Below are positions 49,077 through 55,528 of a stretch of DNA of 55,528 nucleotides, one piece after another. Within the stretch, counting starts at the first letter, position 1; every line of letters begins with the position of its first letter. The notes beneath the pieces are model-generated. The model did not search any database. It was given only the letters and a program-made list of their open reading frames with translations, and was not told where the DNA came from. Source of the DNA: Candidatus Hydrogenedentota bacterium (GTDB taxonomy: Bacteria > Hydrogenedentota > Hydrogenedentia > Hydrogenedentales > SLHB01); assembly GCA_045863295.1 (NCBI GenBank), contig BTWA01000041.1, forward strand, positions 1 through 55,528. Direction: 5' to 3'. Both the position numbers and the translations under genes were made by a program.

Positions 49077-49093
49077 TTGGCATGGTTTGTGCT
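49077..49093 (+). promoter_or_regulatory. sigma54 (-24/-12) promoter for the PEP-CTERM gene
   Basis: TTGGCATGGTTTGTGCT (GG-N10-GC). Confidence 0.75.
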
Positions 49094-49220
49094 CAATATT
49101 TGGCGTAGAGGTGACTAGGGATGGCACGCGGGTGAATCTTGAGATTCCGGCGCTCCCACAATCACCTTCAAATGACCTTAAAACCCAGGGCTAGGCAAGT
49201 TTCCCTAAGGAGAAAAGAAG

Positions 49221-50012
49221 ATGAAACGCCTGACAGTGGTAGCGACGGTTCTGATAGCTGGGTTGGTGACAACCTCAGCTTTCGGGGACATAGTAACCCC
49301 GCAGGAACCGAACGGTGGCGAACCGTGGCTGTATGAAATCTACAACTCACTTTACGGCACCTCGTTCACGCAGAGCAGCGACCTTCTCGCCGTGCAGACC
49401 GGCTGGGATACGATGACGCTTGATGCCGATGTCGAATCGTTGACCTTCGAAGCGGTTTGGCGGCAGGCATACATGCAGGGCAACTATGGTATTTACACGG
49501 TGAATGGCGGCGTGGCGGATTACACCGAAATTGGCGGCCCATTCGACAATGCCGGCCCAACGTTTGGCCAAGGCCCAATCACGGGCGATTCGCACACGGT
49601 ATTGGTGGGTGACATTGGAAGCACGACGATAGGATTTTACGAGCGTGCGACGACTCCTGACAATCCGTTGACCCCCGAATTTGAAGCCAACTTCCAAGAG
49701 GGCTTCATGTGGCACGGCGAAAATGGCCGTAATTTTTCCATCAACGATTCGTCGTGGGATTCGATTATCTCGCAGCAAGAGCACCTGTTGATTCTGACGA
49801 CGTCGGACCCGAACGTGTTCTTGCTTGCGTTTGAAGACTTGCCCTTCAGCTTCATCAGCTCTTCGGGCGAGGAATTGGGCGACAGCGATTACCAAGACTT
49901 GCTGGTCCAAGTGACGCTGAATCGGACTGTGGTCCCGGAACCGGCCACGATGGCGTTGCTGGGATTGGGCCTCGCGGGCTTCGCAGTTCGCCGGCGGTTC
50001 ATGAAGAAGTAA
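49221..50012 (+). CDS. PEP-CTERM sorting-domain protein (DUF4114-like region)
   Basis: Signal peptide; AFEDLP..DSDYQD; VPEPATMALLGLGLAGFAVRRRFMKK; TAAGGAG RBS. Confidence 0.95.
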   Translation: MKRLTVVATVLIAGLVTTSAFGDIVTPQEPNGGEPWLYEIYNSLYGTSFTQSSDLLAVQTGWDTMTLDADVESLTFEAVWRQAYMQGNYGIYTVNGGVADYTEIGGPFDNAGPTFGQGPITGDSHTVLVGDIGSTTIGFYERATTPDNPLTPEFEANFQEGFMWHGENGRNFSINDSSWDSIISQQEHLLILTTSDPNVFLLAFEDLPFSFISSSGEELGDSDYQDLLVQVTLNRTVVPEPATMALLGLGLAGFAVRRRFMKK

Positions 50013-50046
50013 GTTTGGCCTAGTCCCTCCATGTGAGGGTTAAAAA

Positions 50047-50105
50047 TCCGGCTTCGGCCGGACGGGCGGCAAGGTAGAGCGCAACCTTGCCGCCCTTCTA
50101 CTTTT
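50047..50105 (+). terminator. UUCG hairpin plus Rho-independent terminator after the PEP-CTERM gene
   Basis: TCCGGC-TTCG-GCCGGA, then 12-bp stem GGGCGGCAAGGT/ACCTTGCCGCCC followed by TTCTACTTTT. Confidence 0.8.
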
Positions 50106-50254
50106 GAAGCAAGCATGGTTAGGCGCGACATTTGCTCGCTTTCGGATGTACAATAGATACCGTTGGACATTCGGTAAGCGAAGTGGGGTACGCCCGGGGG
50201 AACGGCGTATTCCTGTTGGATTTGCTTCCATCTGTCCATTTTGGGGGAACCGCA

Positions 50255-51631
50255 ATGAATGAATACACCATAGGCCTCGATCCGTCTGAAGCGCCTGATT
50301 ACTGGTACAACATTACGCCCGATTTGCCCGTACCCATGGACCCGCCTTTGCACCCGGGAACGCTGAATCCATTGACGCCCGAAGATCTGACCGCAATATT
50401 CCCGGAGAATCTAATTGAACAGGAAATGTCGCACGAGCGGGAGATTTCCATACCTGGTGCAATCATGGACGCGTATCGCCTGTGGCGTGCCACTCCGTTG
50501 AGGCGCGCGCACCGGCTGGAAAAGGCGCTGGATACTCCCGCGAGAATCTACTACAAAAATGAGAGCGTATCGCCGTCGGGTAGCCACAAGATCAACTCCG
50601 CCATCGCGCAGGTCTATTACAACAAAGCAGCGGGGGTGAAGGAGATGGCTACCGAGACTGGCGCAGGACAGTGGGGGACGGCGCTGTCGATAGCCTGCAG
50701 TATGCTCGACGTGAAATGCACAGTCTATATGGTTCGCGTCAGCTACAACCAGAAACCCTACCGGCGAATTCTCATGCAATCGTATGGCGGCCGGGTGATC
50801 GCCAGTCCAAGTGAAACGACGGAATCGGGGCGAGACTTCCTTATGCAGGACCCCGGCACTTCAGGCAGTCTGGGAATGGCAATCTCCGAAGCGGTCGAAG
50901 TGGCTGCGAAGAGTGGGGGGTACATTAAATATGGTTTGGGCAGTGTGCTTAACCACGTACTTTTGCACCAGACGGTGATAGGACTGGAAGCCAAGAAACA
51001 GATGGAGAAGTCGGGAGACTATCCGGACATCGTGATAGGGTGTTGCGGAGGGGGCTCCAATTTTGCGGGACTTGCATTTCCCTATGTGCAGGATAAGCTC
51101 AAACACGGCAGGTCCATCGATATCATTGCGGTGGAACCTTCGGCATGTCCGACCTTGACCCGGGGCGTGTACGCCTACGACTATGGTGACACGGCCCATT
51201 TGACGCCCCTGCTCATGCAGTACACGCTTGGGCACCGGTTTATGCCGCCCGGAATCCATGCAGGCGGCTTGCGATATCACGGGGTGGCCCAGCAAGTGGC
51301 GTTGCTGGCGCGCCACGGAGTGATTCGCGCGGAAGCGCGTACGCAACGGCCTTGCTTTGAAGCGGCATTACTGTTTGCAAAAACAGAGGCAATTGTGCCC
51401 GCACCCGAGTCGAGTCATGCGATACGTGTGGCAATCGACGAGGCATTGAAATGCCGGGAGTCTGGTGAAAGCAAAACCATTCTGTTCAATTTGAGTGGAC
51501 ATGGTCATTTCGATATGTCCGCCTATGAAGCATATCTGAGTGGTGAGTTACAGGATCTTGAACTGGAGGATGATGTCATCCGAAAAGCGGAACAAGACAT
51601 TCCTAAAGTCGATTTGGCGGCGATTTCTTGA
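50255..51631 (+). CDS. trpB2: TrpB2 (TrpB-like PLP enzyme, stand-alone tryptophan synthase beta type 2)
   Basis: [21 protein letters not shown] lysine, [46 protein letters not shown]. Confidence 0.93.
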   Translation: MNEYTIGLDPSEAPDYWYNITPDLPVPMDPPLHPGTLNPLTPEDLTAIFPENLIEQEMSHEREISIPGAIMDAYRLWRATPLRRAHRLEKALDTPARIYYKNESVSPSGSHKINSAIAQVYYNKAAGVKEMATETGAGQWGTALSIACSMLDVKCTVYMVRVSYNQKPYRRILMQSYGGRVIASPSETTESGRDFLMQDPGTSGSLGMAISEAVEVAAKSGGYIKYGLGSVLNHVLLHQTVIGLEAKKQMEKSGDYPDIVIGCCGGGSNFAGLAFPYVQDKLKHGRSIDIIAVEPSACPTLTRGVYAYDYGDTAHLTPLLMQYTLGHRFMPPGIHAGGLRYHGVAQQVALLARHGVIRAEARTQRPCFEAALLFAKTEAIVPAPESSHAIRVAIDEALKCRESGESKTILFNLSGHGHFDMSAYEAYLSGELQDLELEDDVIRKAEQDIPKVDLAAIS

Positions 51632-51725
51632 CGACGAGCTGTCAAGTTAAGTGATTTCAATGCACACGAAGATGCAGTGCTTCCTTTGGCCAGCCAGCCA
51701 TCGTTTGCCGCTTCTCCATCAATCC

Positions 51726-53357
51726 TTACTCGGCGTCAACTGGAGGCTCAGGGGAAAGAGGCGACGGAATTGGATTGGCCGGAGCAGGCGGCGAAACCGG
51801 CGACGTTGATGTGGAATTCTCGCTCGTCGAGTTCAGTGAGCCGGCGACGATATCCTGATCCAGGGTAGGCGTATCCACTGTTACCTCCGTTGGTATCGGC
51901 ACCACGACCTCAGGAATCTCGCCGTACTGATCCGACCATGACCCGCCGATCGCTTCTTCCAGGGAAGCGGCGGCAAGTTGCATATCCCGTATTGCGCTGA
52001 GTTGGTCGAGTTCAAACGCGAGCAAGACCTGGATACTGTCCAGCATGTCAATGAAATCGGTTTCATTTCCGCTCGCGTATGCACTCTGGAGGCTGGAATA
52101 CGTGGACTCGGCTTGGGGCAATAGCGCAGTCTTCAGCGTGTTGTAACGGCGCTTGGCGTCTACAAGTTCGAAGTGCGCCATTCGGGCGTTCGCATCGAGT
52201 TCGAGCGCCTTTCCCTCCCGTTCGTCGATGATCTCCTGCTCCATGTGTTTTGCCTCGGCAATTCCTGCTTTCACCTTCTTACGCCAGATGGGTAGGTTCA
52301 TTTGAACCATCAGCATGATATTGTCCTCTCCGCCGTCCGAGGATTTCGCGGGCTTTAACTCGGTCGCTAGCATATAGGCGTCCAGCAGCGGATTTCCCAT
52401 GGGCGGATTAGGTGCCGTAACAGGCTGGCCGGTCAGTACTTGATTGACGAAAGTATTTCGATTGGTTTGTGCGTTATTGACATATCCATCCCACAGCATG
52501 AGGACGTCCGGCGCGGGATACGGCATGCGTTCTTGGCGTGGTTTGCTAATCGACATGTATTCCAGACCAATCATGAAATCCGGAAATCGTTTCTTCTTCG
52601 CGAGCGAGATTTCCATCCGTTGGCTCTCGACGCGTTGGTCGTACGAACGAAGCGCGGGATTTACAGTGCGGAGCCGGGCAGAGACAATTGGCGCGGGCGG
52701 CGCGTCAGGCGGTAGTGCAGCCGCTTGCGGCCACGGCATTTCCTCTGTCGGAGCACGGCCTATGGAGGTTGCCAGCCGGGCGGAAAGGGCGGGGCGGTTT
52801 TGCAGAAGTCCGTTGTATTGGTCTTCCAGTTTTGTCTGTTCAATTTGAATCCTCAACATTTCGTCTTGTCGCGCTAGCCCAAGTGCGTATTTTGCGCGCG
52901 CGACATCCTCTGCGTAGGCCAGGATTTGCGCCTGGGACTGGGTCAAATCGATAGTCTCGCCAAGGTAGGCGTAGTCGAAATAGGCGCGCTTGACCTCCGC
53001 AAAGATTCGGTTGCGCTCGGCATAGAGATCCTCCAAGGCAGCGTCCGCGGCCAGTGCGGCTTTCTCCCCGCGGGCCTTAAGCGTCCCAAACCAGGGGAAA
53101 CTCATCGACAAAGAAATCTTGAATCGTTCCATTTCCGATTGCAGGAATTGGCCGTAGGACAACATGGGATCGTCGAGGGACTTCGCCTGCGGAATTCTTT
53201 CGAGAGCGGCAAGCCAGGCACTGTGCTTCGAGCGAAGCATGGGATGGCGCTCGGCCGCTTCCAGCAGGTATAGGCGCAACTCCTCGTTTGGCGCGGCAAT
53301 CGCAGGGGTTTGCAGTTCAGACGTCGCCGCGACAATCAGGACCAGCACTGTGAACAT
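51726..53357 (-). CDS. TolC/CusC-family outer-membrane efflux protein
   Basis: IPQAKSLDDPML, FPWFGTLKARG, PDF.IG..Y, NLPIWRKK..A, AY.SG...F..MLD; GGAGG RBS. Confidence 0.88.
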   Translation of the reverse strand: MFTVLVLIVAATSELQTPAIAAPNEELRLYLLEAAERHPMLRSKHSAWLAALERIPQAKSLDDPMLSYGQFLQSEMERFKISLSMSFPWFGTLKARGEKAALAADAALEDLYAERNRIFAEVKRAYFDYAYLGETIDLTQSQAQILAYAEDVARAKYALGLARQDEMLRIQIEQTKLEDQYNGLLQNRPALSARLATSIGRAPTEEMPWPQAAALPPDAPPAPIVSARLRTVNPALRSYDQRVESQRMEISLAKKKRFPDFMIGLEYMSISKPRQERMPYPAPDVLMLWDGYVNNAQTNRNTFVNQVLTGQPVTAPNPPMGNPLLDAYMLATELKPAKSSDGGEDNIMLMVQMNLPIWRKKVKAGIAEAKHMEQEIIDEREGKALELDANARMAHFELVDAKRRYNTLKTALLPQAESTYSSLQSAYASGNETDFIDMLDSIQVLLAFELDQLSAIRDMQLAAASLEEAIGGSWSDQYGEIPEVVVPIPTEVTVDTPTLDQDIVAGSLNSTSENSTSTSPVSPPAPANPIPSPLSPEPPVDAE

Positions 53358-53359
53358 GG

Positions 53360-55528
53360 TTATTCCTCCTGAATAGCCCGCGTGCCGGCGAGGCCGCGCC
53401 ACTTGAATTTGATTTCCTGAACCCAGCAATAGAGTACCGGCACCATAAACATGTTGATGAGGTCGAGAGTCATTCCGCCAATGGATGGAATTGCCATTGG
53501 CACCATGATATCCGATCCCCGGCCCGTGGACGTGAGAACCGGGAGCAGCGCAAGAATCGTCGTTGCTGACGTCATCAGGGAGGGCCGTATGCGCCGCTTT
53601 CCGCCAGCTACCACCGCAGTACGAATGTCTTCAATGCTCTCTTTCGGTTTCCCCTCAAACTGTTGGTTGAGATACGTGGCGATTACGACGCCGTCGTCGG
53701 TTACGATACCGAAGAGGGCCAGGAATCCCACCCAGATGGCAACACTGAGATTGATCGGATGGATTTGAAGCAACTGCCGTACGTCCTGACCGAACACACT
53801 AAAATCGAGGAACCACGTTTGTCCATACAACCAGATCAAAATGAAGCCACCTGCCCATCCAAGGGTAATTCCGATAAACACAAGCATGGTGGTGGAGATC
53901 GCTCGGAATTCAAAGTACAGCGTCATAAAGATAAAAAAGAGTGACAGCGGCAATACCAGCATGAGCGTCTTTTGTGCTCTAATCTGATTCTGGTAATTGC
54001 CCGCGAAGGCAAAGCTCACGCCGGAAGGTAGAGATAATTCCCCGGAAGCCATTTTTTCCAGCAGTAGTCGCTGGCACGCTTCAACAATATCGACCTCGGC
54101 AATACTGTCCTGCTTGTCGAATAGAACATAGCCAACAAGCATCGTGTTTTCGCTCTTGATCATATCGGGTCCGCGTACATAGTCGATGCTGGCAACTTGT
54201 TCCAACGGTATTTGCGCACCGTCGGCTGCAGGCACCAGAATTCGGCCAATGGACTCCATGCTATCTCTCAGTTCGCGCATATATCGAACCCGCACTGGGT
54301 AGCGCTCGCGTCCTTCGACAGTCATTGTCAGTGGGATGCCGCCTACCGCCACCTCTATGACATCCTGTACCTTTCGAATATCCAGGCCGTAGCGAGCGAC
54401 AGCGTCACGATCAATACTGATTTCCAGATATGGTTTTCCAACAATACGATCAGCGAACACGGTTTCAGGTCGCACGCCGGGTACTTCCCGCAAAGCCGAC
54501 TCGATAGCGAGTCCAGCTTTGTCGATGCTGTCCAAGTTCGGGCCAAAAACCTTGACTCCCATGGTAGCACGCATGCCGGTCTGCAACATGATGAGCCTCG
54601 TTTCGATGGGTTGCAGTTTTGGCGCGGAAGTGACTCCGGGAATCTCGGCGACGCGGAGGATTTCGTCCCATATGTCGTTGGGTGACTTTATCTCCTTGCG
54701 CCACTGCCGGTACGGTTGGCCGTTGGTATCGGGAATCAGCTGGCCGTCAGCATCCCTCTCAAAAGTATTCGAAGCAGTATCGAAACGAAAAAGCAGTTTT
54801 CGGCCGCTATCGTCGATCTTATACTCCGATTTGTAGTTGATTACTGTCTCCACCATCGAAATGGGCGCGGGGTCAAGGGGACTGTCTACCCGTCCGATTT
54901 TCCCTACTACGGATTCCACCTCGGGTATCGCTCCGATAGCGGCATCCTGGTAACGGATGACAGCAAGTGCTTCACCAATGGATGCGTGCGGCATGGTAGA
55001 CGGCATGAAAAGAAAACTGCCTTCGTCCAGCGCGGGCATGAATTCTTTACCAAGACCCGGCAATTGCTCCGAACTCCATTTCCATACGCTCGTCTCGGTG
55101 ACGCGTGTCGGCGAAATGCCGAGTTTTGCCACGGTGATAGGTAGAAATCCAAAGACCCGGTCAAATCCAAGCCAGACACACGCACCGAAGATAACCAGTA
55201 GAACCGGACCGGACATGTAGACGAATTTGTGATCGAGGCAAAATCGCAACACGGCGGGATAAGCCCACTGAAAGAACTCGAAAAAAAGGAGTAACGCTGC
55301 GATTGTGGCACAAACGACAAAGAGATTTGTGGAGAAACCGATTGCCGGACCCAGCGGAAGCCAGTCGTCGGCCAGATAAATGGCGACTACTCCAAGTACG
55401 ACCAGGTTTCCTGCCCAATATCCGGACCGGCGTACTGTATGTGGCAGGCGATCGGCGATCGCATTGAATAAGCCGGAAAGGGCAACTATAAGACCAATCC
55501 ACCAAGAAACGGTGAGAGAAAGCAAGAC
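53360..55528 (-). CDS. cusA: CusA/CzcA-family heavy-metal efflux RND permease, C-terminal part (5' end outside window)
   Basis: EFMPALDEGSFLFMPSTMP, GKIGR.DS..DPAP.SMVET, QPI.TR..ML.TG, VEGRERYP, GFLALFGI..DDGV, RIRP.LMT; CusA/SilA-like Met pattern. Confidence 0.92.
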   Translation of the reverse strand, partial: VLLSLTVSWWIGLIVALSGLFNAIADRLPHTVRRSGYWAGNLVVLGVVAIYLADDWLPLGPAIGFSTNLFVVCATIAALLLFFEFFQWAYPAVLRFCLDHKFVYMSGPVLLVIFGACVWLGFDRVFGFLPITVAKLGISPTRVTETSVWKWSSEQLPGLGKEFMPALDEGSFLFMPSTMPHASIGEALAVIRYQDAAIGAIPEVESVVGKIGRVDSPLDPAPISMVETVINYKSEYKIDDSGRKLLFRFDTASNTFERDADGQLIPDTNGQPYRQWRKEIKSPNDIWDEILRVAEIPGVTSAPKLQPIETRLIMLQTGMRATMGVKVFGPNLDSIDKAGLAIESALREVPGVRPETVFADRIVGKPYLEISIDRDAVARYGLDIRKVQDVIEVAVGGIPLTMTVEGRERYPVRVRYMRELRDSMESIGRILVPAADGAQIPLEQVASIDYVRGPDMIKSENTMLVGYVLFDKQDSIAEVDIVEACQRLLLEKMASGELSLPSGVSFAFAGNYQNQIRAQKTLMLVLPLSLFFIFMTLYFEFRAISTTMLVFIGITLGWAGGFILIWLYGQTWFLDFSVFGQDVRQLLQIHPINLSVAIWVGFLALFGIVTDDGVVIATYLNQQFEGKPKESIEDIRTAVVAGGKRRIRPSLMTSATTILALLPVLTSTGRGSDIMVPMAIPSIGGMTLDLINMFMVPVLYCWVQEIKFKWRGLAGTRAIQEE

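Noticed and set aside
49122..49137. TGGCACGCGGGTGAAT as a second sigma54 promoter
   Set aside because: Good -24 element but no GC at -12.
50106..50254. T-box or Trp attenuator upstream of trpB2
   Set aside because: No T-box GGTGGNACCGCG consensus, no Trp-codon leader peptide seen, and no terminator just before the gene.

Overview
Bacterial chromosomal window. It opens with the 3' end of an rRNA operon (partial 23S, 5S, terminator), followed by about 38 protein-coding genes. These include secreted hydrolases (DUF1080, sulfatase, penicillin-acylase family, DUF5107-TPR, ceramidase-like), three NHL beta-propeller proteins, a pyruvoyl-dependent arginine decarboxylase, signalling genes, a miaB-pepA-mtaB-larE cluster, trpB2 and a TolC-CusA efflux pair cut by the window edge. 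One NHL protein is a ~1970-aa surface protein with one active and one dead caspase/legumain-like (C13) domain. I saw no CRISPR array, tRNA, transposase or phage gene. A PEP-CTERM gene, a (GE)n tract and the secreted-enzyme repertoire suggest a diderm such as Ca. Hydrogenedentota; this is an inference, testable with the 23S. The most striking locus is 44.6-50.1 kb: a catalytically dead GGDEF protein that keeps its RxxD I-site, a receiver fused to a pseudo-histidine kinase, and a sigma54 activator with Asp->Glu in its receiver. Two outward-facing sigma54 promoters share a TGTTCA-N4-TGA enhancer-like motif, and one drives the PEP-CTERM gene. A compact structured RNA leader upstream of the arginine decarboxylase is a second strong candidate. 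All family calls come from motif recognition by eye; no searches were run.
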